64,000 nt of DNA from Octopus sinensis. Lineage: Eukaryota. This document shows positions 50,581-64,000 of this stretch, in pieces. Numbering within the stretch: position 1 is the first letter of the stretch; each line of letters opens with the position of its first letter. A program made the position numbers and the translations under genes. The notes beneath the pieces were generated by a model, which saw only the letters and a program-made list of their open reading frames with translations, searched no databases and was not told the origin of the DNA. The DNA lies in the NCBI RefSeq assembly GCF_006345805.1, contig NC_043012.1, forward strand, positions 46,996,001-47,060,000. Reading direction: 5' to 3'.

Positions 50581-53500
50581 GTATGTATTATGTATGTATG
50601 TGTATGTATGTATTTGTGTTTGTCTCTCCACCATCTCTTGACAAACGACTACGGTGTGTTTCGTTCCTTTAACTTAGAGGTTCGGCAAAAGATACTGATT
50701 GAATAAGTACTGAGGTTACAAGGTATATGTTCTGGGGCCTATTTTTTCGACTAAAAAAGCGGTTCACCAGCATGGCCGCAGTTAAATGACTGAAACAAGT
50801 AAAATAATAATAGAATGTATATATATGTATGTATATATACATACACATACATACCACGGGCTTCTTGCTGTTTCCATCTACCAAATTAATTTACAAGACC
50901 CTTGAGCAAGGGGTCACGCAGTGGAACTGAACCTAGAACCATGTGGTTCCAAAGCTAACTTCTTACTATACAGCCAGTGCTTGAGTGTACGTTAGTGTAT
51001 TCTCGTGTGTGTGTATAAAGCCCTTAGCACGTAATTCTGGAAAAGAATGATTTATAATATTTTCGAGGGCTCTAAAGTATTTCCCAGAAAACTTTATCTT
51101 CTCCCTACTGAAATAAAACAAAAACCTGAATGCATCGGTGTTTAAAAAGTTTCAATTGGTATTCTTGTTTTCTCGTCTTTCGCGTTATTTGGTTTGGAAA
51201 TTGTGATTTCAGTGATGGTAGCCAGGATAATGCGTATTGTTGATGTTGCAGCAAAAGTTATGAATGTATTGGTAGTGCTAAATCATTTTTCTGTATCTTG
51301 GGTATATTATTGGTGATGATAATGCTGAAGATATCATAGGCAGTGATGTATTGTATGCTGTGGGCGAGTAGAGAAAAGAGAGAGAGAGAGAGAGGGAAGA
51401 AAGAGGGAGAGCGGAGGGAGAAAGAGAGACAGAGAAAAAGAGTGCAGCATTGTTGTCAAAATAGCTGTGTTTGTTCTGGTGTGGGTGCAGATGCGCAACT
51501 GCTTGCAAGAATCTAATCTTAGGAGGCAATGCTGAATCACTCAAGCTAGAACGTCAATTAATCAATTAATTAATGGTACATTTCATATCTTAATTAGACT
51601 AACTTAGATAAGAGGTATAATAAAAACTAAATATTCACTGAATAGCTCAGCAGCAAATTGGTTACTACTTTCACAATATCATTGAAAACAATAGTAGCAG
51701 TGATATCGGCAATAACATGGTTATAAACAGCGGTAATAATGCCAAGAAATACCGAAAAATATCAATTACAGTAGTAAACAATCTAATGTCAGTAAGAATA
51801 AACAGTCGCTGCAAAATATCAGGATTAAACACGACCACCATAGTAACAAAAGTAACAACACGAGAAAACAAATCAAAACAGGAAAAAACAGCCACGTTGC
51901 TATCAGCACCAACACAAAATGTACTGCTAGTAACAGTAGAAGCAAGAAAATAATACTAAAAATAGAAACTACAAGATCAACAGTAATAAATATAAAGGCT
52001 ATCGAAAAATGTCAAAGCAAATCTTTACTAAGATCAGCACTAATAAATTCAGATTTAATCGAGCCAAGGACGGAGCTTCTATGTGGCTGGTTTTATTCCA
52101 AGAAATGGGAGTTAAAACTCACTAATCACACCCTATAATCCTTATATAAACAATGACACATTGGATACTACACTGCTAGACATAGCATGATTCAATAAAA
52201 GAACCCTCCCATAAACATTGACACATTTGAAAAGACCTTAATGGAAGGTCAGCTGTTAAGTAAGGAATTATCTGGGGTTAAACAATAACCTGTACTAATT
52301 TTAATGAGGAAACTAATTTTAATGAGTACATTAAATAAAGGAAAAAAAACTTCAGTTTGTTACATAGATTTAATCTATTTAATGGTGTAATATTTCAGTA
52401 GAGTGAACATGTGTCCGTATCTACTTTAATAATGATTGGGCAGCACTTACTGAGCTGTCATTGATGGGGAAGGTTTATGAGGCAATGTCAACCTCAACTC
52501 AGGAAATGATCTGCTTAGATATTCTATCGTACATAGTTTGACTTTCTACTGTTTCTGCTACTCTGTAACATCAATTACCTGAATTGTCCTGCCGACAAAA
52601 GAAAATGTAATCAGCAACTAAAAGAAAGACATTTGTGAAGTTTGTAATACATGAAAATACATTAACACGTGGTGCAACTAGAATGGTGACAAGAACAGGA
52701 GTTGCATGATAATTCATTCAGTAAAAATAATAATCATTTTGATGGAGATCGGTAAATATTAGAGGAATTCTGGTTGATGCTCCATGTACATATATGTACG
52801 GGATTGAATGGGAAGTTGTACAATTCTTGTTAGTAGCGATAGGAGGGTCGGAATACATGGTGTTAGTGCATTAGTGATCGCTAGGTTGAAAAACTATCAA
52901 GAGTTCTACTGTTTATATTCAAGGAATTTGCAGAAGTATTCATTGGTTTAAAATTTTGGCACAAGGTTAGCGTCTTAAGGAGTGGTGCCAAGTGGATTAA
53001 ATCAAGCCCAGTACTGAACTAGTACTTATTTTATTGAACTCGAAAGGACGAAAGCCACGGTGGACATAGACAGAATTTATATTTTCTGTAGTAATTAACG
53101 GCGTTGAAATATCAGAGTGTGGTGCTATGTTAGCAATGTTCAAACATATTTGTAACCAAAATCATTCTGTCTGTCATCACCCTGTTATCTACGATTAGAA
53201 TACTAGATTACCGCATTGTATTTGCTTATACAGTATGAGACGATTTGGTATGATTTGCGGTTGGTTTCGCTATATCTGCAAGTCAATCAATGATGCCATG
53301 GTGATGCTTTCAGCAGTGGCTGCCATGTTGGTTATGTATGTTTAAGTGCTTGTCGCATTAGTGAATCTTTGAAAAACATGTATGAACAATTATATGTTGT
53401 TGTCATATACAACCGGTGCTCTTAGAATTTTATTAGGTCTTCAGGGAAATGGCTAAGGTTTAACAATATATAACATCGCACGTACATTTGTTTTGCTTTC

Positions 53501-54984
53501 ACTATTATCATTGTTCTTCCTAGTAACGAAGTTAATGCTGTTTATATATCCATGAAAGGGTCAATGTCCTCCGTTGATTATTTCTCTTTATTGATTAAAG
53601 ACGTCACAGGGCGTTGAAAATCCAGCTTAGGTTTGCAGGATTATTTGATAACTTAGTATGATTGATTATAACATTATGAACCTAAGCTTATATCTGTGTC
53701 TAGGATCCATGTGATTTAATGAATATGTCCCATCAGAGACAAATGCAATTTGAAATGTTACGAATAGGTAATATGTAGAATTGAAGAAAAAATATTTCCT
53801 GGTAATTAGGTCTCTCTCGTTATATTCTAAGTTCAAATTGCAGTTATTCCCCCTTTTAGTGGCTGAAAAAATGTACAAGTACTGGAGCCGGTATACAGTC
53901 GACTACACCCTTTCACAATATTCGTGGTCATGTGCCTACGTAAGAAAAGATTCTTGTTATACACTATATACACTTTTGGAAAAATATACGATTTTACAAA
54001 TGATTCGGTTTATATTTTGATGCATAAATTGATGCACTTTTAACCACATTGTTCTGTTACGGTAAACATTTATGCATAACATTTGACATTGATTTATGTT
54101 ACTCATTTCGTTTACATTTACTATTTGGTTCCAGAGTTTAAAATGTTAAAAGCTTAACGCTCAAACAAAGCTTGACAAGCAGAAAGTATAACATGGATCG
54201 CAGTGTGACAGAACGGATAATACACAGACGGAAGTGAATTTTACTATTCCTCTTAGGATCGCACATTCTGATATATAAATCTTTAGGTTCGGATTTCTTC
54301 GATCTATATTTATACATATCTTCGTTAGAATGTGATATAAGCATGTCCCAGAAAAGATCTAAGAAAATGATAAGCAACTATACCCAGGGATATGCCAATA
54401 CACTCAGAAAGAGAAATCAAAGTTAATAGACTGAATATACTTGACAGAGATCATGAAAAAAACATTGCCCTCTAATCGACAATATATTTCTAAAAGAAAC
54501 GGAAACGCTCTCGAAAAACAAACATCTGATGTGTATTCTGATGTACAAATTCGCTGAAAATTTATATTATATTCCACTATATATATGTGTGTGTGTGAGT
54601 AGATGTGTGTGCGCACATGTGAGTAAGAGTATGCGCGCGTGTGCGTATGAGTGTGTGCGCGTGCATGTTCCATCATTTTCCATGCAGTACTGGTTATAAT
54701 TAATACAAGCTACTGAATAAAATATTTATGAAAGCCTAATTACGGTTGTTTGTGAGCTAATGTCTATGTGTAGTTGTGCTCTTCCGTAACTCTTGAAAGC
54801 GATGAATGATGATGTTATTCTAATATGAATGTGTTCTTTGTAAATTATATTCCACGGAATTGTGCTGATGAGTATGTTGCGTGGTACCTTATTTCTTAAC
54901 CAATTTCTCTTTCTTTACATCTAATCTATAACTTCAAAATATAATCAATATGAGTACGCGAGTAAAGTACCCACCATATTTTCC

Positions 54985-55200
54985 ATCATCATCATCATCG
55001 TCGACATCATCATCATCATCATCATCATGAATGTAGCCTTCGTTGTTGTCGTTCTTTTCTCAATTTCTCTTCTTTTTCTTCTTTTCTTTCCCCCCTCCTC
55101 TCCTCCTCCTCCTCCTCCTCCTCCTCCTCCTCTTCTTCTTCTTCTTCTTCTTCTTCGTCTTCTTCTTCGTCTTCTTTTTCTTTTACTTTATCCTCCTCTC
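54985..55200 (+). repeat. Compound (CAT)n/(CCT)n/(CTT)n microsatellite
   Basis: Directly visible; lies at the 3' end of the minus-strand R4/Dong-like element. Confidence 0.9.
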
Positions 55201-55239
55201 TATTTCCAGAGTTTTGTATTTTGAAAGTTTCCCCTGTTC

Positions 55240-57790
55240 CTTTTTCAGAAGCTGTGTCATCTCTTAAGACTGATACATCGATTGGAATGTATTTGTTTTA
55301 TCTCCATAATCTCTGACATCTATATCTGGTCGGCTAACTTCGATCTCTCTATTTCTGTGTACTAGCCTATCCCTGAGTTTGGTTGTTTTGTCATTTTCCG
55401 AGACGTTCTTGAGGTATGCCCATACTATAATTTTTCTATTGTCATTTCATAATGTTGGCATAGCTTCCAGTGTATGTAGGACCAAACTCTGTCACGCATA
55501 CGGATATGTTACGTCTTAGCCAGGCACTGGGCAGCCAAAGACAATATGATTCATTGTTTCTACTCCCTTCACCACATATACTGCAGGCACTTATACTTTT
55601 CTTCATTATGTGTTTCTTGTGAGGAGGCTTTGATCTTGTGCTGCAATTGGAATTCCTTCAGTCTCTGTTCTGAGTCCTGAGCTTCTCAAACATTGTAGCG
55701 ATTTTACTTTATTTCGTTTCTCTTTAGCTTATCCCAGTATTTGCCATTTAAGGGCTTTTCTTGCCATCGTTTTATCATGTTATTTTGTAGCTCCAGTTTT
55801 AGCCTAATTCTTAGTAGCTCTACATCTTGTTTTGTTTGTTCTTTTTCTTCAGAGCTATCAAGTGGTATTACCTCTTTATTGTATTTTGTTCTCTCAGGTT
55901 TTGTTGCTGTTTGTATCAGTTTTCCTTGGTTCTGAGTTAGATATATCTGTAATCTTAAAGTTGTTATTTTATAGTAGTTGTCTAGTTGCACAAGGCCTCT
56001 ACCACCTTCAGTTCGTTATACATATAATATTTCTGTCAGATTTTGGGTGCTGTATTCTAAATTCCGTCATTATTATTCTGGCTTTCCAGTCAAGTTTGGC
56101 TTGCTCGCTTAGTGACCAAATAAGGATATTGTAATTGTAAAATAACTGAGGCACCTTGCGTAATGATACCTATTTACTTGTTTTTCGCATTGAGCTCTCT
56201 TTTAAATATTAATCAAAGTCATGGCATTCCTTCATTAACTTTTCCTTCATTTGTACTTTTTGATTCCTAAGTATTTGTATGTATGGATTTGGTCTAATTC
56301 TTTTATTTTCTTTATCTTGTGTTATATTGTTACTCTTAACTAGTTTTCCACTTTTTAAGGTTGCTTTGTTACAACTTTCCAAGTCGATTTTCATATCGAT
56401 TACTTTGGAAAATCCAGGCACAGTCGTAACGTTTCCAGTTGTTTATCATTTGCAGTATACAGCTTCAGATCATCCATATACAAGAGATGATTGATTATCT
56501 TTACCCTAGCAGTTGTATTCACATCTAGTTCTGTTTAGCATGTTACTTAAAGGCGTCAGTGTCAGACAGAAAAGGAGTGAAGAGAGCGAGTCTCCTTGAA
56601 ATATTATTCTTTTAATGGGTATGGATTTAGTTTTTATGGTTCTGCTATTTGTATGGAGCTACAGAAATGTTTGCTATTTATTCATGGCCTGTTTTATATA
56701 TATTTTATTATTGTTGGTGATGTTTTGTTCATTGCTAGTGTTCCCAGGCTACATATATCTAGAATACTGTGAAAATCCTTTCTGTAATCAATCCCAGGTA
56801 TGCTTAGACACTTTGTTTTCTTGCAGCTTTCTGCGGTTATGGCTTTATTGATCAATAGATGATCTTTACTGTCATATGAGCCTTTGTAACATCCATTATA
56901 CACGTCTAGAAGCAAATTGTTTTCTACGAGATATCTACTCATTCTCTGCGATTCTTGGTAGAATCGTTTTGGATGGAATTTAAACTCTTTCTTTTGTTCA
57001 AGGAATCCTTGGCGTTTCTCATACCGACGGATTCTTCGTGTTATGCGAATAGTTTGCTTTAACTGTTCTTTTATCTCAGGTATACCTTGTTTTGATATTT
57101 TGTATTTATGCAGTATTTTTCTTTCATTTTTTTTATAGTACTGTTGATAGCTTACTAATCTCATTAAAGATTGCCAGGGCATTTCTTTCATTTTCAATTT
57201 ATTTTGTTTCAAATTAGTTTTTCATGATATGTGTTTAGGTTGTGTTACTCCTATGTAGACTGATTTGAAGGAATATCCACTTTTTCTGGCCACTGCTCCT
57301 GCAGATATAATTTCGTTTAGTCTGGTCGTTTGATTCAGTTGTGTTTAGTTGAGTGATGTGTTTAGTTGAGTGATGGCCAAATTTATGTTGATTTTTGTTT
57401 TATTTTTGTTGCTGGCTTCTTATTAAGTTTATTTTCAGGGAGGTACAGTCGGTGTTCCATACTGATTTCGTCTGTGACTTTTAATTCCTTGATTATACAT
57501 ATTTTTAAAGTATCATAATCATAATTTCCTACTTCATTTTTTCTTGTTTTTAGATTTTCTCTGTATTACTTCTTGTTTATATTAAATGTGTCTGTGTTGT
57601 TAAAGTTTGCTTCCTTCTGGTTACCATTATGCATTCCTAGGGGCGGGCTTGGCTTCTTTGTGTTCCGTTACTTCGTTTTCGCTGCAAATATTATGTGTAT
57701 CTTCGTATTTTACAATCCCTATACTTATGTTATTAATATCGTTCTTGTTTTGAGAGCATATCTCCTTATTTAGGTTACTAAATACTTCAG
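55240..57790 (-). mobile_element. Decayed, internally deleted R4/Dong-like RLE LINE
   Basis: Track ORFs give RRIRRYEKRQ..FHPKRFY, GCYKGSYDSKDHLLINKAI..IDYRKDFHSI (RT), FSKVIDMKIDLESCNKATLKSGKL and WQEKPLNGKY. Confidence 0.8.
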
Positions 57791-58321
57791 TATATCCAAA
57801 TTTGTGTTATTCCCCCCCCCCCAGTTTTTACATGAGTAAGCTGTTGTATTCTCGTCATGTGGATTGAGCACTGCTGTAAAATAAGCGGATATGATGAAAT
57901 ACACTCATCTGGTGTCTATTTATGTATTTTGATTTTATTTGTGAGATGAGCGAAAGAACGTCCGGCCTTTTATTTAGAAGTCGTCATTTACGGTATAAGT
58001 CTGTTTGTTTCGGTGTCAAAGGGGTTTTGAATGTGTAACTTTTCGTACGTTTTGTGAAATAAGTTTACAGTACGCTCTTCTCGTTTGATATTTTGAGGCT
58101 AAATCATACGGACATTATCTGATATATTTTTCATTTCTTGTGCTTGATTGTTGGGGCTGGAGACCGTCTGTTGTTGAATTGAAAAGTGAGAAGCTTGTTT
58201 ATATGTGTTATAATAGTGATGGATTACACGATTATAATACCTCATTTCAAAAGGAAAACAGAAATAAATTTGAATAAGTATAACTTCCTCGGATGTTGTC
58301 CAAAATATAGTTGTCCACACA

Positions 58322-58396
<75 letters not shown>

Positions 58397-59989
58397 TATA
58401 TATATATACTTGTGACCGTTTGATCTTGTCCTCTGGAAACTTTTACACATGTAGGCATACTTTTGAAATGAACAGACGTGCTCATTTGATCATCACAAAT
58501 GGTTTCAACATAAATCACTGAAGATTGGTCAAATCGATGAACATTATCGAGAAAAAAAAGCTGGGTGGAAAATACTTTCGAATTACCCGATGGAATGTGT
58601 ACGATGCGTCGGGATCATTCCATATATTTCATGACCCTCTCGTATATAAACTCATATCAATGTAAGCTGTATTGTGTTAATTTCAGTTTATCACTGTTTT
58701 AAATTATTGAGATTTCCCATGGATTCAAATGTTAGTTGGTGATCTTTATTAAAAATTTCTAAATAAATAATTATAAAAAATGAATTAAATAAATAATTAT
58801 AAAAAATAATTATAAAAGAAAAATAATTTTCTAAATTCATACTCACATTTACTTAGAGGTATACACAGTTAATCATGCAGATGTGTGAATTGATAACTTT
58901 CCAACATACTTATAGTATGTTTTCAGAAACATTTGAGTATTTCACCAATTCTTTTAACCTTCAAATTTCCTTTCCTATTGACTTAGCGTTCTGTCCATCA
59001 CTTGTTGATGAAATGGATAATAGGAACAAATTTACACTAGCTACAAATTTACTGCTGTAATATAGAAATATTTCATGCGATATGCACTTTCAGTTTACGT
59101 CCATTCCTATATGGCTTCGACAAACAAATGGAGATGGTGTTGTTTTGCTTTTGATTTTGTTTCGTTTATTTTCGTTTGCAATCCCCTCCAGATTAATTGT
59201 TTGCAAAGAAGTCAAATTATTTAATTGTAAATTAGAATGAATAAAATAATAAGAGTAAAACATAAAATTTCCTGCTTTTAGGCATTATGTAAATTTGCCT
59301 GAAATCTTGAGTAAAGGATTACACTGTGAAACTGACATATGTTTTCAATAATTAAACAAATATAAAATTGATGATTATTAGAATTATAATTGGATGATGA
59401 AACCATGATTATGATTATGAATGTTGTTTTTGAGGATGATGATACTGATGATGACGAGGAAGAGGAGAAGGAAGAGGAGGGAGAAGAGAAGAACGGGACC
59501 TGTATAATAATGATATTGAAAATGAATGAGTGGCGTTAACGCTCAGGAATATATACGATGATGATGATGAGGAGGAGGAATCAGCTTTTTGGATGAGTGT
59601 GAACATGGTGATGAATAATATGGTAATGTTTAAAGTAGCTTGGTGCCAATATTGGTAGTGATGTCGGTATCAATGATTATCACATTTAGAAAAAGGATTA
59701 GATGCATGACAAAATAAATAAACATTTGAAAGTAAACAATTCAAAAGAACGGATTTAGGAAATTGTTTAAATGCTTTCTACAATAACTTTCATTTACATA
59801 TATATTTATTCGCTGCCCCTTATATTCCACATTCATATATGCGCTTATTTAACGCTTATTTGGGTATACCTTGATGATTATGTCCTGTGAACGATAAAAC
59901 TGCAACGATATTGGCGTGGATGGAGAACGAAATAATGAAATTATAAAGGTGACAAGAGGGTATTGGTATAATACTGTGACAAATTCAGC

Positions 59990-59998
59990 TAATAATAA

Positions 59999-60094
<96 letters not shown>

Positions 60095-60130
60095 GTGAGC
60101 CGTTCTATACTACTACTACTACTACTACTA

Positions 60131-60165
<35 letters not shown>

Positions 60166-60183
60166 ATAATAATAATAATAATA
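59990..60183 (+). repeat. (TAC)n then (TAA)n microsatellite with an 18-nt unique insert
   Basis: Directly visible; insert at 60092-60109. Confidence 0.95.
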
Positions 60184-61800
60184 AAGATAACAATTTATAG
60201 TAATATGAGGTAGAGCTAGAAGGGCTGTCAACAATAGTTAAAGAGTTCAGCAATGACATCGGCATGGATTTTGGCCTTCATGAGTGTGCTAAGGCAACGT
60301 TTGTAAGGGGCACGCTCAAGCAAGCATCTTACATTAAAGGAGATACCAACACTCTCATCAGTGAGCTTGACCCACAAGAAAGCTATAAATACTTGGAGAT
60401 AAGCGGAGAAGTTATGTAACAGGCTACTATGAAGAAATAAATACGAAAGCAGTATCACAGGAGAATACTACTTATACTAAAAACTGATCTCAATTTCGAA
60501 AATCGCATCGAAGCCATTAATATCCTGGCACTTCTATCATCCAATAGAGTTTTAGCATCACTAACTGGAATCTTACAGAGCTCCAACGCCTGGACAGGTA
60601 GACAAGAAAAGTATTGACATCTAAGAATATGCACCACCCAAAAGCAGACGTTGATCGTCTGTACCTGCCTAGAATTAATGGGGGTAGATGAATGAAGCAA
60701 GTAGAATTGCGCTATACGACCTCCACAATAGCAATGAATAAGTATTTATCTAGTACAGAGGACTGGACGCTGTGGCTTTCAAATTTGCAAGGGAACTGGG
60801 AATTAACACTGAATTAGATGAAGAACCTGGAACTACTGTCACGAAAAAGGTAAAACGGATTGAAGAGACTGAAAAAAGAACGGGCAGAAACCAACAGAGG
60901 ATCAGTGGAGCCAGAAACCTCTGTATGGACTGTATATACTTCGAAGCCGAAATGCTGATATAGACCAAGCAGCAACCTATCAGTGGCTGAGAAGCTCAGG
61001 ACTGAAAGCAAAGGCAGAAGGTTTCATATTGGCGGCACGAGACCAAAGCTTGCGTACTAGAAACTACGAGGTTAACATTATTCAAAACAGTTTGGTTCTG
61101 AAATACAGATTTTGTGATAAATCTGATGAAACAATAGACCTTGTCTCGGGATATCCTATGATGACACCAAACGAATACAAATATGGCCACGATAGGGTAG
61201 GACAGTATTTACATTGGAAAATATCTAAACCCTACAAAATCTGCACTCCTGAGCCAATCGTTGGAGGTGAAATGTCAGTATGCTCTGGGATTTTCCAGTA
61301 AACACCGAAACAACGATCCAGGCTAATCGATCAGACATAGTCATTAAAGACGGAGAAGAAAATATTTGTAGGCTAATAGATGTAAGTATTCCCACTGATA
61401 AAAATATATCTGTGAAGGAATTTGACAAATTAAAATAAATATAAGACCTGGACATTGAAATACAATGTATGTGGTATCTTAATGCTAATTCCTATCCTAC
61501 CTAGGCTAACCACAATAACTGTTCCTGTTATTGTGGTTAGCCTAGCTATGATAGGAAGGGTATGTCAGCAATATCTAGATTATATCCTTGGGGAAAGATT
61601 GTGCTGGTACATACTGTCCACACCCTTAGAAAAACCCTATCAATTTAAATGCTTGTGTAGATATTTCGCCACTGCCTCTGCCACAACCCCTCCCCAAACA
61701 TTCAGTCATTGTAGCATCTCATATCCTTCACTCGCCCTAGGACGCTGGGTGTGTCTCGGCAAGTGATTGGAACAAACATCCAGATTAAAAGTACATAGTA
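60184..61800 (+). mobile_element. 5'-truncated R4/Dong-like RLE LINE (RT C-terminus, zinc finger, RLE, 3' UTR)
   Basis: VKEFSNDIGMDFGLHECAKATF, HHPKADVDRLYLPRINGGR, AARDQSLRTRNY..RFCDKSDETID..HDRVGQYLHWKI and QANRSDIVIKD..LIDVSIPTDKN. Begins directly after (TAA)n and ends at TAGTAGTAG/(CAA)n. Confidence 0.85.
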
Positions 61801-61884
61801 GTAGTAAAATCAACAACAAAAACAACAACAACAACAACAGCACCACCACCACCACCAACAACAACAACAATAATAATAATAATA

Positions 61885-61980
<96 letters not shown>
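61795..61980 (+). repeat. (TAG)/(CAA)/(CAC)/(TAA)n compound microsatellite
   Basis: Directly visible between two R4/Dong-like fragments. Confidence 0.95.
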
Positions 61981-61981
<1 letters not shown>

Positions 61982-61989
61982 TAACGCAA

Positions 61990-64000
61990 TGATAACAGAA
62001 CAAATCACCCCAAAACATCGTGAATAAGTACAACGAATGTAACCAAAAACTCTCAAAATGTTGGACCATAACCCTGTAAGCAATACTCGTTAACATCTAT
62101 TTCTATTTTCCACGTTAGATGATGTGTTATTAATTTTTACACGTTGTGAACATGTCATTACCATCGCCAGATTACGGTTCCTATTAAACAGATGGCCAGC
62201 TCTGTCACCCACCATGATACACAAGAAGTGGGGAAAAATTCAAAAATTTAGAAATTGAATGAGCCTCAAGTATAACAATCGGGATGTGAGTACTTTAAAT
62301 TTATTACCCAAAATGTGAAAAATATTCCACGTGCACAACTCTTTAACACCAGAAATGAGCAGAACGGTACCCTGTGCAAGAGAGGAAAATCCGAATAAAT
62401 GATTGGACGTTATTCATCACACTCTGCAAATAAGAAAAATACTCAAGTGTTCACGGGAGGGATACGTTTCTCTCTAGCATGCATATGTTACAACATTACT
62501 CTACGTACAAAATGACAGTACAACAGTATACTTATATAAAGTCTGAAACAAAAGTAATCCAGACCTGGCTATATCGATAAAGCAAAACAAAGTAGCCAAA
62601 ACAAGGAGTCACATTCTGAAAACGAGAAAAGTATTAGAAATTGAAATGCAGCATTAATAAAAAAAAAAACATATCATGAAAACAGAAATAGCACCCAAAG
62701 AATACTCAGCAATAACAGAAGTGCTGCAAATGCAAAGCACGAAAATAAGTGTAAGACGTGCAACAAACAAAGTACAGAAACAACGTATTAAAAACCTAGA
62801 GATGCATAATGATGAGTAGGATACAACAAAACAGAACCAAAGAAAATTATTAACGGGATGAAATGTGGAGTAAATCTAAAAAATGAAAACAATGAAATTT
62901 GGAACAATAAATTTGTGCATTGTCAGTGAATGAGAAGTCATAGGAGAACTTAGTTATGTACCGTCGCCTGTACCTCCCCACAATTAGAATTAATAATAAG
63001 ACATCGGTAATAAAGCAATAGAAATTTGGCTGTGATAGACTTAATCACATCAGAAACAAATATGAATATGACCAGACTAAATAAAATAACATTTACGGCA
63101 GCCTCTCTAGCTACAAGAGAAAGTGGATTCTAGCTCAAAAGCATCCAAATATTTAACTAGTATGAAAATGGCGCATCGCAATCTAAACGTATGTTATGGA
63201 AAACTAATATCCAGAACGAGAAAATAAAACACAAGATATGTGAATCCTGAATAAGATTAGTAACCAAACACGACTACTAAACACTAAAGAAGGAAAATGC
63301 TACAGAATTATGCAATAACAAAAAGAAATATATCTAAAGCGAAATATCCAAGCCAAAGCACAAAGAATCCGTTGGTATTAAAAATATCAACGATTCTTTG
63401 AATAAAATAAGCAGTTTAACTCCAGTCCAAAATGATCTTACCAAGAAGTTCGTTAAAATGAATTCGAGATCGATGCAGACCAACAGCAGTAGACGTGGAT
63501 GAATTTCGGTAAGAATTATTGGTAATGAAGGAACTACTCAAGAAAAGAACAATTTAGGCTAAAAAACAAAACAAAAAATGCATTGGAATAACTTTGGACA
63601 CCCATAAGAGCGGAAGCAACAACCAAGGTAGCGCAAAGGTTAAAGAACTGGAAAGCATCCAGACGCAAGATTTACAATTTCAGCTGAAATACTTAACTGG
63701 TACGCATAGTTAAGCGCTGGCATAGAGGTTCAATGAGATAATAAAGAAGTTAGAGACAGCACCTGAATTGTTCACGGAAGGCAGAATCTATCCTACTCCT
63801 TAAATCTACTGAAATTGGAAACCCGCAAAAGTACAGACCCATAGCATGTCTCCCTATAACCTACCAAGCCTCAACTCTAAATTGACAGACATCTGGCAAA
63901 GAACAACCTCTTTCCCGAACAGCAGAACGGAAGCTACAAAGAGCGATATGGTTGTAAAGACCAGTTATTGATAAACAAAAGCATAATTGAAGACTGTCGA
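61990..64000 (+). mobile_element. 5' portion of another decayed R4/Dong-like LINE, running off the window
   Basis: N-terminal NPD..NKVAKTRSHILK (~62555-62625). At the window end LFTEGR..NPQKYRPIACLPITYQ and GSYKERYGCKDQLLINKSIIEDCR are the start of the RT domain. Confidence 0.8.

Overview
AT-rich, microsatellite-dense animal genomic DNA. The tRNA-derived SINEs look like the Octopus-type families, so a cephalopod source is likely (recognition only, not verified). I find no supportable host protein-coding gene; most short ORFs in the track are translations of (AT)n, (CA)n or trinucleotide repeats. The dominant structure is a 12.6 kb head-to-tail minus-strand retrotransposon array at 29039-41663. 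It contains one nearly intact Tx1/L1-clade LINE (ORF1 plus APE-RT-zinc-finger ORF2), then two copies each of two distinct ~1.8-1.9 kb elements encoding only an ORF1 protein. All five units share a ~50-nt 3' tail, every junction carries CCAGGT, and the whole array interrupts a decayed ORF1 of a further related family. The same 3' tail occurs on stacked SINEs at 27.0-27.5 kb. Elsewhere: two Penelope GIY-YIG remnants, Penelope-type terminal repeats with hammerhead-like motifs, a perfect 132-bp palindrome, four R4/Dong-like RLE LINE fragments beside trinucleotide tracts, a mariner fossil, a MITE, an RTE-like remnant and two local inverted rearrangements. Scattered 1-nt indels at different positions in sister copies suggest long-read consensus errors, so some ORF disruptions may not be real.
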